A stretch of DNA of 64,000 bases from Peribolospora baueri (lineage: Eukaryota), in assembly GCA_029717555.1 (NCBI GenBank), contig JAMDHS010000105.1, positions 1 to 64,000 on the forward strand, written 5' to 3'. Positions 24,814-35,281 of the stretch are shown one piece after another; position 1 is the stretch's first letter; every line of letters starts with the position of its first letter. The notes beneath the pieces were generated by a model. The model saw only the letters and a program-made list of their open reading frames with translations. It did no database searches and was not told the origin of the DNA. Both the position numbers and the translations under genes were made by a program.

Positions 24814-26100
24814 TCACGCCAACCCCGCTTGCCTCCTAACCTCCTCCTCAAAGCTCTCTTTCTCCCTTCTCTCCATCCCTTCGCCAACCTTCCATCTTCG
24901 CATGCCGACCACGCTCACCTCCCCCTCTGAATCCTCGGCTCCTCGCCCTTCTTTCAGGCCCTTCGCGATCGCCCATTCCTCCAACACGCTTCGTACGGAT
25001 TTGGAAGATGGGTCATAGGAAGAGGAAGGTTGGGCGGTAGGGAGAAGCATGATAAACGGCTGCAAATAGAGGGCGGGGGAGGACGCATCCAGCTCCTCGC
25101 CCTTCGAGGTATCCTCTGGATGGATCGAAGCCGTCTCCATACCCGCCGCCTGTCGCGCGAGGCTACGTCCGAGCGCCGCGACGGACTTCTGAAAGTCGGG
25201 AGACGACGAGAGCGTCGGCAGCGATGGAGAGCGGAAACGGTTTAGGAGGAGGGAGGAGACACGGCCAGCTGACAGCAGCACGTTGTCGGGTAGTTTGCCG
25301 CTGGAAGAAGAGGTTGGCGTGGGGGGACCTCCGTGAGCAAATGCGCTAGGGATAAAGAGTGTCTTTTCCTCGTAGTTCCTCCTTGGCGCGTCCGATGCTG
25401 GCACAGGTTCCGGAAAGATGGCCGCGGCACGACGGAGAGAGATCTTTTCGCCAAGAGCGCCAATGGCGTCTCTGATCGCTGAGGCAACGGTCCGAGGCAA
25501 CGACGGAGCGGAGGATTCGGGCGTGGCGGATGGTGAGGCGGGAAAGAGGGGGAACTCGAGAAGGGCCGACACAGGCAAGTCCATCATGGCAGGAGCCGAC
25601 TGTCCACCGGCAGCCTCGGCAGGGGGAGTGGAGAGGCTAGGGAAAAGCGAAGCGGTGTGCGCGACGTCCTTGACAAGCTGCACAAACGTCTCGTTGCGCG
25701 CCACAAAGTCCGTCTCACAGTTGAGCTCCACGATGGCTGCCCTCGCCTCGCCCTGGGGACCGACCGCGTTTACTACGACTACGCCGACCAACCCTTCCCC
25801 GGCCTCCCTTGCCTCCACCTTCTTAGCCTTCTTCTCGCCGCTCTTCTTCCTATCCTCCTCCAACCACTTGACTGCCGCCTCTATGTCGTTCCCAGAGGTC
25901 GTGGACGAGAGGGCTGAGCGAGCTTTAATGAGCGAAGTGCCGGGTAGGAGCTTCCTGAGCTCCGCGATGGAGGCCACGGAGGGTTTCTTGGACGGGGCTT
26001 CGTCGGCATAGAAGCGAACGGAAAGAGGCCTCGAGCGCGTCGCTCTCGCCGTGCTTCGCGCCAGGGCCGAGGAAGAGGCGATCAGTTGCCGACGAAGCAT
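24814..26100 (-). CDS. TSF1: Mitochondrial translation elongation factor Ts; intronless
   Basis: Arg/Ser-rich presequence 'MLRRQLIASSSALARSTAR'. UBA-like 'IAELRKLLPGTSLIKARSAL', 'EAGEGLVGV', EF-Ts signature 'VELNCETDFVARN', 'LGEKISLRRA'. Confidence 0.93.
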   Translation of the reverse strand: MLRRQLIASSSALARSTARATRSRPLSVRFYADEAPSKKPSVASIAELRKLLPGTSLIKARSALSSTTSGNDIEAAVKWLEEDRKKSGEKKAKKVEAREAGEGLVGVVVVNAVGPQGEARAAIVELNCETDFVARNETFVQLVKDVAHTASLFPSLSTPPAEAAGGQSAPAMMDLPVSALLEFPLFPASPSATPESSAPSLPRTVASAIRDAIGALGEKISLRRAAAIFPEPVPASDAPRRNYEEKTLFIPSAFAHGGPPTPTSSSSGKLPDNVLLSAGRVSSLLLNRFRSPSLPTLSSSPDFQKSVAALGRSLARQAAGMETASIHPEDTSKGEELDASSPALYLQPFIMLLPTAQPSSSYDPSSKSVRSVLEEWAIAKGLKEGRGAEDSEGEVSVVGMRRWKVGEGMERREKESFEEEVRRQAGLA

Positions 26101-26332
26101 CGCTGGTGACGGTCTCTGGTGATAATATAATGAGATACCTGCTGAATGCCGAGGCCCACTGTTCTTCTTGAGCCGCCGCAGTCGCCGTTCTTCCACGTGG
26201 CTCCACCCGGCTTGTCCGCCGCACGCTGGATTTCGCGCACGTCGGTCGACTCCGGTGCGATCAACGAGGCGAAGCACTCGACCCATACGATAGATAGGAT
26301 CACACCACCATCACCACCAGCAGGGCATACAG

Positions 26333-27170
26333 AGTGAGTGGATCAATGATGGGGTGATATTAGGAGACCAGTTGACGTGCTGCCTTAAAGAGAAGAAGAC
26401 TGACTGTCTTTTTCTCTTTCATACGCCGCTCGTAGTGGAGTTTAGACAGTGCGTGGCATGCGCTCTCCTTTCCGCAATCCTCTTCCTGACTCGTTCCCGC
26501 TGACTTTTGTCCTTTCTCTTGTCTACCAAATCCCTCCTATCTCGCTGTCGCCACAGAGACCTCCCCCCGAAGGGCGGGTACGAGCCCGTGCGATACAAGC
26601 GCAACCTCCCCGTGCGCGGCCCGGGGGGACTGGCGATCTTCGGAGGCGTGCTCGCCATCTGCGCTTACGGCTTCTATCGCGTCGGCCAGGGTAACTTGGA
26701 GATGAGGTGTGTTAGAGTGGGATAGGCTTCTTATGCGATGATGCGCCGTGCGATGGTGTGCCGGTCGTACTGATTCTTTGCCTTCTTCCTATTCCTTCTC
26801 TGCATCTGTCCAACCCCGTTTCCACGCTCCTACCTCCTATGCAGGGAGCTGAAGCGCGAGAACGCGTGGTCGCGCATCCATATCGTCCCCCTCCTTCAAG
26901 CTGAGGCTGACAGGGACACCTACCGCCGCGACCAGGCGGCACTCGCTAGGGAGAAGGAGATCATGAAGGACGTGGAGGGTTGGGAGGTGCGTGTCGTCCG
27001 CTTTGATTTGTTCGACCCGCGTCAGTGTTGGGAGGGTCGAAACAGCCGAGGTGGCCCGTTAGCGCATGACTCATTTCTTTTTGCCATCGTTTGTCGATCC
27101 TCTCATCTAGGCCGGAAAGAGCGTGTACCACACCAAGCGCTACAGTCCCCGGACCGTTGTGGTCTTGTAG
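26333..27170 (+). CDS. NDUFA13: NADH:ubiquinone oxidoreductase subunit A13 (GRIM-19/B16.6); 5 coding exons
   Basis: Exons 26333 (A only), 26436-26448, 26557-26706, 26845-26986 and 27111-27170 give 'MEFRQDLPPKGGYEPVRYKRNLPVRGP...RELKRENAWSRIHIVPLLQAEADRD...MKDVEGWEAGKSVYHT'. Confidence 0.92.
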
Positions 27171-28005
27171 ACTACGCTCCCTTACCTCCCTTCCTCCCTC
27201 CCTCTGTCACCCACGCTTCTGCCATCTCGTCTCCACCAGTGCAGTGTCTCCGGGAATTGGAAGTCATTTCCTCTAGAGTCAGTCGTGTGCACGGGCTCGC
27301 TCGTCACAGGATTCAGGACGGGGAAAGGCGAGCAGACAAACACGGGCGCTCGTTCGACTCTTGCAGGCGCCTCCCGTCTAATACGAGTGAAGTGACGCTC
27401 TCCCTGCTGACAGAGCCATCAGGGCTGATCGGCCTCTACGGATGCCTGATCTTTCACTTTTTCGCCCATTGACCTTGACGAAGACTGCGAAAGGAGAACG
27501 CAGGTCGGTCGATCCTCCGCCATGACGCGTTTCAGGTGCACAACAAAATTGGCGGCAAAGAAAGAAAGCACACGGGCGCCCGATACCGACTCCAGGGCCA
27601 TCTATCTGCCCCAGAGCTTCCTGTCTGCTCCTGTCATTATGCGGAGCTCCAGCCAGCTCCAGGATGGACCCAGCGTGCCGTGCTCACGCTCTGTCGATCA
27701 GCAAGCGAACCCATCCACCCGGCCATTATCTGACCCCCACTTCTGCATCCCCATTGTTCCGAACCCTTCCTTAAGGCGGTGCATCGAGATAAGGACAAAC
27801 AAACCTGACCAAATGAACATGGTCATGGTCATGGTCAGCTCGACAGCCGTAGCTGCAGTGCCCCGTTATTTCGGTCGCTTAGCCACACAGCCGCGCCGAC
27901 GCTCATCCAGCTAGCTAGCTGGGCCATCCCATCCGTCTTATCGTGTGTACGATACTGCTACTCTACGTGCCCTGCCCGGCCCTATCGCGATCCGGCCGGA
28001 CCCAG

Positions 28006-29484
28006 CTAGCTATTGAACAACCGAGTATGCAAATGATCGTGCCTGGCTTGCAAGATCTCGCCCAGCGGCCACGTCGTCGCCCCTGTCTGCGCGGCGAGAA
28101 GCCTAGTTCGTGCCGCCGCGGCTACGGCCGCTGGCGCCGGCATGGATGGATGAGGATGAGGGGGAGTGGTGATGGTCATAGAGAGGGAGGATTCCTCGGA
28201 TTCAGCCCAGGATTTGTCCCACGGTGGGAGCGTGTCCAACGACGACGACGACGACGACGGTGGAGGAGGATGATGTCCGCCCTCTTCTACCCCAGACACC
28301 TCCATCTCCATCTCCACCTCCGCTGCCTCCAGCGTCCCTCTCCTCCTTTCCTTCGCAAGCACGCTTTCGATCAGCGGGCGCACCTCGAACAATAGAATGC
28401 GCTGGGCGAGGTAAGGCCCGAAGAGGTTGGACCGCACGGCAGAGGAGAGGAGGGAGCGGGCGTGGAGGAAGAGGTGAAGGTGGAGAGTCCGGGCTGCGGT
28501 GAAAAGGAGATAAAAAAATAATAAGAGACCAAAAAGGGAGGCACCTTAAGCCTTGATGCGCTCGGAGGAGATCACCAAACGAAACACGAGTCCGTGGGCT
28601 CACCCTTGCTCAACCCTAGAGCGGCGCAGAATACGCCAAAGGAGATCGGCAGGTGGCCCCTCATATCTCCTCTCCGGACGCTCCGTTTAAACTCGTCGAC
28701 CAGCAGCGCTGCCATCGCCGCCCTTGCTCCTTTCACGGAAGGATGTTCGGAGAAAGCCTTTGCGTAGAGGGTCATGAGCGCGACGCCCTGCGCTCTGCTC
28801 GCTCTCCGCGCTACGTGGCTGAGGGTGAGGGCGTGGTAGGCATCATCAACCTCGGTGAGGTGTTGGAGACCTCGGCGAACGAGGCGGTCATGGTCGGGGA
28901 GGGGAGAGGATGTGGCAGAGGAGGCGACGTCGTACGCTGCGGAGACGAAGGGCAGGGAAGAGCGGGCGTAGGCGGAGAGGGAGGAGGTGAGGAAGAAGAG
29001 CGTCGCTGCCGGCGTCGTGGGCTTGGTCTTGGTCTTGGTCTCTGGTTGCGGAAGTTCGGCAGGAGGGGCGGTTGAGGACGACAGCTGCGCCTCCTGAGGA
29101 TCGTCGCTGGCCGAGCGAGGTGGTGGAGGAAGGGGAAGAGAGAGGAAGCCATGGGACACGTACGACTCGAGGCCGGCCGAGGCGACGAAGCCGCCTGTGG
29201 GCGTGAAAGAGAGAATGCAAACCAGCAGGCGAGGTGGATACGGTGATGGTCAGCGCTATTGGCACGGACGAGGACCGGTGGATGTGGATGTGTATGGGCC
29301 TTGGATGGGATTCTGCACCTCCCGGATGCTCACCGGTGGGTAAATTGGAGTCTGCGAGGAGGAGAAGCAGGTAAGACTCCATCATGCCTTCCTCGTCTTC
29401 TCTCTTCTCCTCCTTCTCGTCCATTCTACCTGTCCCCCGTGCCCGCTCTCGCCCGTCACTGTCCTCCATCCTCGTCGTGTACAT
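28006..29484 (-). CDS. ureF: Urease accessory protein UreF
   Basis: Motifs 'LLLLADSNLPTG|GFVASAGLESY', 'RRASRAQGVALMTL', 'GHLPISFGV', 'LFLHARSLLSSAVRSNLFGPY' and C-terminal 'EILQARHDHLHTRLFNS*'. Exact start ATG uncertain (29484, 29424 or later). Confidence 0.92.
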
Positions 29485-29776
29485 GGCCGCCCGCCGTCTC
29501 CTGGACCTCGCTTGCCTTGGCGTCTTAAGCAGTGCCTCACGTGCGACCAGAAGACGGACGGCGAGGTCATCATGACAAATGACCGGCGCTCGACGTGTCC
29601 GGATTACGTACGACCTGGACCACCCGGGCACAACGTTCTCCCGTCGCCGTATCTTGGGGCATCTTGGCCGCGGCGGATACGAAGGTCCGCGGAGACAAGG
29701 TACAGTAGTGGTGCGGGGGAATGGCGATAGAAAACGTGCGGGGGAAGGAAGGCCCAGAAGAAGCCGCCCGTATGAG

Positions 29777-29858
29777 CCTCGCACAAACCATCCTCGCACA
29801 AACTACAAACTACCCTCGCATGAACCGCCGTCGTACAAACCACCCTCGCACAAACTAA
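29777..29858. repeat. Five degenerate 15-bp units (CCTCGCACAAACYAY) between ureF and the acyl-CoA ligase
   Basis: Units start at 29777, 29792, 29814, 29829 and 29844. Confidence 0.75.
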
Positions 29859-29962
29859 CCCCACCATCCGAGCCGCCCGCTCTCTTTCTTCCATCTCCAC
29901 CCCGTTCTCCTTCCCCTTCCTCTCCCTCCTTGGTCCGACGCAACCTCGGGCCACCGCATACC

Positions 29963-32712
29963 ATGTCGCTGCCAACGCTGCTCAACTCTCCCTCGTCCGA
30001 CGTCTTCACCTTCCTCTTCTCCAACCCTTTTCTCGACCCTTCCCACCCCCTTCGCAACCCTCGCTCCTCCTTCGCCTGCCAGCCCACTCACACGCCCGAC
30101 GTAGACGATAGAGGCCTCGTCCTGGTCCGTGATGAAGCCGACCCCACTGAAGGGCAGCGAGCACTCCCTCATCCCGTACTGCCCCACCGGCCGCTCTTCG
30201 TCGAAGGCTCTACGGGGGCGAGCATCACCTTCTCTCGTCTCCGTCTCGACTCACTCAGAATCGCTCGCGGACTATGCGCTCTCCTAGGCGACCCGCTCCA
30301 TCTACCACCCCCTCCGACCACCGCATCGGCCTCCCAGGACTCGTCAGCCCTGATCGACCCGCGCTCCACGATCCTTCTTCACCTTCCCAATTGCCTTCCC
30401 TACGCCCCCCTCCTATTCGGCGCTCTCGCCGCCCGCTTTGCTGTTTCCATGGCCAACCCCTCTCTATCCCCCCGGGAGCTCGCCTGGATCGTCGACCAGA
30501 CTCGTCCCTGTCTGATCCTCACTACCAAGGGAGAGGGCGAGGCGGCCATGAGAGCGGCGTTGGAGATGGTGGAGAGGGCGGAGGACGGGAGCAAGGAGGA
30601 ACACGGGTGGGGGAGGAAGGAGAGGAGGAGGTACGTCGACGAAATGGTCCGCATGGGCGACAGGATCCTCGTCGTGGATCTCGACGAGGAGTATTACGGC
30701 CCGGCGGCCGAGTCGAACAAAGGAGAAACGGGCAGGAAGCGAGGCTCCTGGGCGACCGCCCCTCCGTCTAGGTCTTGGACCACCCTCTTCGCCAATCCAG
30801 CCTCCTCGTCGCAGAAGAAAGAAGCGCAATCCTCGACGACGTCTCCGCCGGTGGCAGCGAATGACGACCGAAGAATAGCGGACGCCATTTTCTCCGTTAA
30901 GCCGATGGATAGGGAAGAACAGGATAAAAGGGTGGCCGTTGTACTCTGGAGCTCCGGCACGACGGGGAAGAGCAAGGGCGTCTTGCTCTCCCATCGTGAG
31001 TCCGCCGTTTCTCTTTTCCACCTTGCCTTCGCCCACCGTCTCCCATTTTTTCCCCTTCCTCTTAGGCGCGTGCGTCGCTGCTGTCGCCGGAGTCTATCAC
31101 GGGAACCCCACTTACGGTGACGACGAGGTGAGCGAGCGACCTCCCTCCAGACTAGATGTTACCTTGCCAGTCGCCGTTTGGGAACGGTCCGGTCAAAGCC
31201 CGTTGCTTCCTTCTCCGGTGACTCGCTTACCCTTCAATTGCAGCGCTGGGTTGGCTTTGCGCCGTTCTACCACGTTTGTGAGCGCATGCTCCTCCTGTTC
31301 AGGCATAGAGGAAAGACGATGACGTACGTCCGCTCACTCCGTATGTGCTCTCGGCCTGGTCTTCACTCGCTTCTCTCTTCCGTTTAGATGCGTTGACGAA
31401 CGTCCTGCTTATCGCGCCCACCATCGGCGCCACCGTGATCATCATGCGCAAGGTGAGCCGATGTGCGCAGGGGTTGCCGGATTGGCCGCCATGTCATGTT
31501 GGGCTCCCTCTGACGACTCTATTTACCGACAAAATTCGTTTCGTCGTGGCAGTTCAATTTCGCGACCTACCTCCGCTATCTCTCCACCTACCGCATCACT
31601 CACGGTCACATCGCTCCTCCCGTCGCCGTTCTACTCTCCAAGTCGCCCCTCGTGGACACTTCCAAGCTCGACCTGCGCAGCCTGACGGGATTCACCGCCG
31701 GCGGGGCCCCGTTGAGCGTGGAGGCGATCGAGCTCGTCTGGCAGAGGTTTGGACGAGTCGTGAGTATGGGCTATGGCTCAACGGAGACGGGCGGCTTGAC
31801 CACCACTCCAGGGGCCACGCTCAAGGAGCTGAAGGAGAAGGGCATGCTGGGGAGCACAGGCGTGCCGTTCAAGGGCGTCGAGATGCGCATCGCTTTGCCC
31901 GATGGAAAGTTTGCCTTTCCCTCCGGGGGCGAGGACGAGGAGGGCACGGAGGGAGGCGAGATCCAAGTGCGCGTGGCGTCGCAAATGATTGGCTACTTCC
32001 GCAACCCGGAGGCAGACGCTGCCACCTTTGTGCCCGGAGAAGACGGCCGCGGAGACTGGATCAGAACGGGCGACAAGGGGAGGTTTGATGAGCATGGCAA
32101 TTTGTGGATCACGGGCAGGTTGAAGGAGATGATCAAGGTTAAGGGGTCAGTGGGTCCTCTTCTTATCGCTCGCTGCCGGAGAGTTGCATCGAGAGGTGCT
32201 CACTTCCTTCTCTCCTCTCTTATCGTATGCCGTCGTCCGGATCTCCGGCCCACAGCTTCCAGGTCTCTCCTCCAGAACTGGACGGTCTACTCGGCTCCTC
32301 CCCTCTCCTTCTAGACGCGGCGGTGACAGGTTACAACGTGCCCGAAGAAGGCACCGAAGCCGTCGTCGCCTATGTCGTGCCCCGCGACCCGTCTGCTCTC
32401 AGCAACACGCTGAAGGCGGAGAAGCTGGTCTCTCAGCTGGCAGAATGGATCTCGAGCAGGGCCGTGCATTACAAGTGGCCTAGGGCGTACGTGCTCTGCG
32501 AATCCGTACCAAAGAGCAACAGGTAAGCTGTCGCGGGTCTTCTACGTTGGTCTGTGTTCTGATTGGGTTTTGTACGCTTCCCGTCTCACGTCTTTGCCTT
32601 ACGCCCCATCCTTCGCCCCGACGTTAGCGGCAAGATTATTCGCAAAGAGCTGCACCATACCCGCGGCACGCGCTACGAGGCGCCCAAGTTGCGCGCGAGG
32701 CCGAAGCTCTGA
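29963..32712 (+). CDS. 4-coumarate/phenylacetate-CoA ligase-like AMP-binding enzyme, probably peroxisomal (C-terminal PKL)
   Basis: AMP-binding 'LWSSGTTGKSKGVLLSH', 'APFYHVYAL', 'GGAPL', 'MGYGSTETGG', 'WIRTGDKG', 'GRLKEMIKVKG|FQVSPPELD' and 'PKSN|SGKIIRKEL...ARPKL*'. Confidence 0.9.
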
Positions 32713-33364
32713 CCGTGACTAGGTTCGACGAGGCGGTTCGTTCGGCCCAATGCTGTAATGGATCCGGGTTTCCAAGATGTGCGCAATGTCATGTTGTTGT
32801 TCTATGGACATAGTGTGTGCGTGGATGAGAATGAATGAGACGCTCCTTGTTTTACGGTGCACTTGTCTTCAGTGGGAGAAGTGTATGACGCGCGGAGCCC
32901 GGCTCGTAGGCGTCTTCTCGTCTTGAGACTTCGCGAGACGTCTGCGTCGACTCTGAACTTGGCCCGTGCGCAGGCCATTACTGCGGCGGATAAGATCACG
33001 CTGCCGCAGCACACTGATGACTGCTAGCCGACACTATCTTCTCGACGATCGCTCCCTGTACAGACAGCAGACCAACCCGACAGACTCTTGGACGCCCGAG
33101 GGTTCGATGCCGAGGGGAGCTGTTCCTATCTTCGTCACGAGCCTCCCTCTTCTCCGGCCGGCCCATCCTCCACTTTCCATCTCGTGTTGTGTCTTTCGCC
33201 ACAGACCGATCAGCGTCGAGCAGCGAGATATCCATCTCCTTATCCCTTCTGGCTCGCCACACCTGACGGCGCCTGATCGCCGATTTTCCACCTCGATTGC
33301 AGCATATCGGCGACGACACCCGTACTTGAGCGGCCAGCGGAGATTTTACAGGGCGCCTACGACC

Positions 33365-35017
33365 ATGGCTTCCACCTCCGGCACAACGGACGTGCGCTTT
33401 TGCGACGCCGCCTCCATCTCCTTCCGCCCTCCACCGAGCACCTCGACCGACTCGAGCTCCGATGCATCCCTCCTTGACCCGCAGCTGCACGTTGCGGACG
33501 CAAGAACCGCTGCCGCTCTCGCGGACGCCGCTCGGACCCTCAATCAAGGAGACGTGGTCGCCTTCCCCACAGAGACTGTGTACGGCCTTGCCGCGAACGC
33601 CCTCTCCTCCTCGGCGGTGGGACGAATCTACGCGGCGAAGAACCGGCCAGCGGACAATCCGCTGATCGTACACGTCAGCTCCATTGCCATGCTCCGCAGC
33701 TTGCTCCCCCCAGGTTGGGAGATGCCGCCCTCGTACTCGGCTCTCATCCGGGCCTTCTGGCCTGGACCTTTGACGCTCCTCTTTCCCGCCAACAGGGACC
33801 TCGTCCCGGACATTGTCACTGCAGGACATCCTACCGTGGCTGTGCGCATGCCAGCCCACCCCGTCGCGAGGGCGCTCATCGCGTCGTCAGGCCTTCCCCT
33901 CGCCGCTCCCAGCGCCAACACGAGCGGCCGACCGAGTCCCACGACTGCGATACACGTGCTCAAGGATATGGAGGGCAGGATCCCGATCATATTAGACGGC
34001 GGGAGTTGCGACGTGGGGGTAGAGAGCACCGTGGTCGATGGTTTGGAGAAGGGAGAGGCTCTCGCGGCGCAGCAGCGACGACCAGCCAACGGGTTCTCCA
34101 CCCCCGCCTCGTCAGGCGTCAGGGGCGGGAGGAGCGCTCCTCTCACCGTCCTCCGGCCAGGCGGCGTGACGGTCGAAGACCTCTCCCGAACCCTCCTTAC
34201 AGTCTCCTACGATCTACTCCCGCGCGTCTCGTCATCGCCGGACGGATCACCGTCGGCGTCTTGTGCTCAGAGGCCGGACGTCCGCGTACACGTCAGCGGG
34301 TCGGATCTCTCCTTGGAAGCCGCACCCACGACGCCGGGAATGAAGTACCGCCATTACAGCCCCGACGCAAAGGTGCTGCTATGCGTCCCCGCCGAGTATC
34401 GCGCACGGGATCGTAAACATCCGCCGGAGCCATGTCCGACGGTGGGCGAAGTGCTCTTTGCCCAATGCGCACCGCTGAGGGAGGCGTTCCCGGACAAGAG
34501 GCGGTTCAAGGTTGGCGTGATGAGCCACGATGACTCTCCGTTCATGGATGCTCTCGTCCGCTTGGGTCTGTCTCCTGGTGGCCGGGAGCGAGAGCATCGC
34601 AAGGGAGCGGGAGAGGGTTCGTGGAGATGGAGGAGGAATGGTAAGGGCAAGGGCAAGGAGAGGCAGGACGAAAATGCCGTCGGAGCGATGGAGAGCGAAG
34701 ACAGTGTCCCTTTCGAGCTCGAGCTCGAGCTCGAGGGGCCATCCACACCCACCGCTGTCGCGCCTCACGCGAACGGCTTTCCTCAACCGTATACCATTAT
34801 AACGCTTCACCGTTTCTCCCTCGGTCCCCTCTCCTCTCCCTCCGTCGCGGCCCGCCACCTCTTCCGTGGCCTACGCGAGCTGGACGAGGAAGTTGGGGTG
34901 GATCTGATCATCGTGGAAGGGTTGGAAGAGGTGAGGGAAGGGAGGGCGGTGATGAATCGGTTGGAGAAGGCCGCGGGGGAGGTGGTCGTCGTTACGACCG
35001 CCGACGGGGACGAGTGA
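33365..35017 (+). CDS. SUA5: Threonylcarbamoyl-AMP synthase Sua5 (YrdC plus SUA5 C-terminal domain); intronless
   Basis: Motifs 'VAFPTETVYGLAANA', 'KNRPADNPLIVHV', 'FWPGPLT', 'PLAAPSANTSGRPSPT', 'GVESTVVD', 'PGMKYRHYSP', 'AVMNRLEKAA'. In-frame upstream ATGs at 33017 and 33107. Confidence 0.95.
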   Translation: MASTSGTTDVRFCDAASISFRPPPSTSTDSSSDASLLDPQLHVADARTAAALADAARTLNQGDVVAFPTETVYGLAANALSSSAVGRIYAAKNRPADNPLIVHVSSIAMLRSLLPPGWEMPPSYSALIRAFWPGPLTLLFPANRDLVPDIVTAGHPTVAVRMPAHPVARALIASSGLPLAAPSANTSGRPSPTTAIHVLKDMEGRIPIILDGGSCDVGVESTVVDGLEKGEALAAQQRRPANGFSTPASSGVRGGRSAPLTVLRPGGVTVEDLSRTLLTVSYDLLPRVSSSPDGSPSASCAQRPDVRVHVSGSDLSLEAAPTTPGMKYRHYSPDAKVLLCVPAEYRARDRKHPPEPCPTVGEVLFAQCAPLREAFPDKRRFKVGVMSHDDSPFMDALVRLGLSPGGREREHRKGAGEGSWRWRRNGKGKGKERQDENAVGAMESEDSVPFELELELEGPSTPTAVAPHANGFPQPYTIITLHRFSLGPLSSPSVAARHLFRGLRELDEEVGVDLIIVEGLEEVREGRAVMNRLEKAAGEVVVVTTADGDE

Positions 35018-35281
35018 AAGGTTGATTGGATGATGGGAGTGTTTGTACGTTAGAGTGGGCGCGCCTGTTTTGCTAGTGTTCTGTCGAAACGAGCTGTGGC
35101 GAGCTTTCGACGACTTCCCATTCACTTTGCCTTCCAACTTGAGTCGCCCTCCCCTTTGCCAAACCGCGTGAGGAAAAGATTAAACTACGTGAAATACCCC
35201 CTCCGCTCAATCCCCGTCCTCATCTTCGTCGCTCGTGGTATCCCCGTCGCTCGACGACTTTGCCGCCCCCTCTGGCTCTGA

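Noticed and set aside
27170..28006. Possible small gene between NDUFA13 and ureF
   Set aside because: Only short ORFs without recognisable motifs and no consistent exon chain; more likely convergent 3' UTRs.
28006..29484. ureF as part of a urease cluster or a bacterial horizontal transfer
   Set aside because: The gene has spliceosomal introns and a eukaryote-type C-terminus. No urease, ureD or ureG is in the window, and fungal urease genes are normally dispersed.
32750..32765. GCTGTAATGG resembling the fungal SRP RNA Alu motif
   Set aside because: There is no closing helix and no helix-8 motif downstream. It lies in the ligase 3' UTR.
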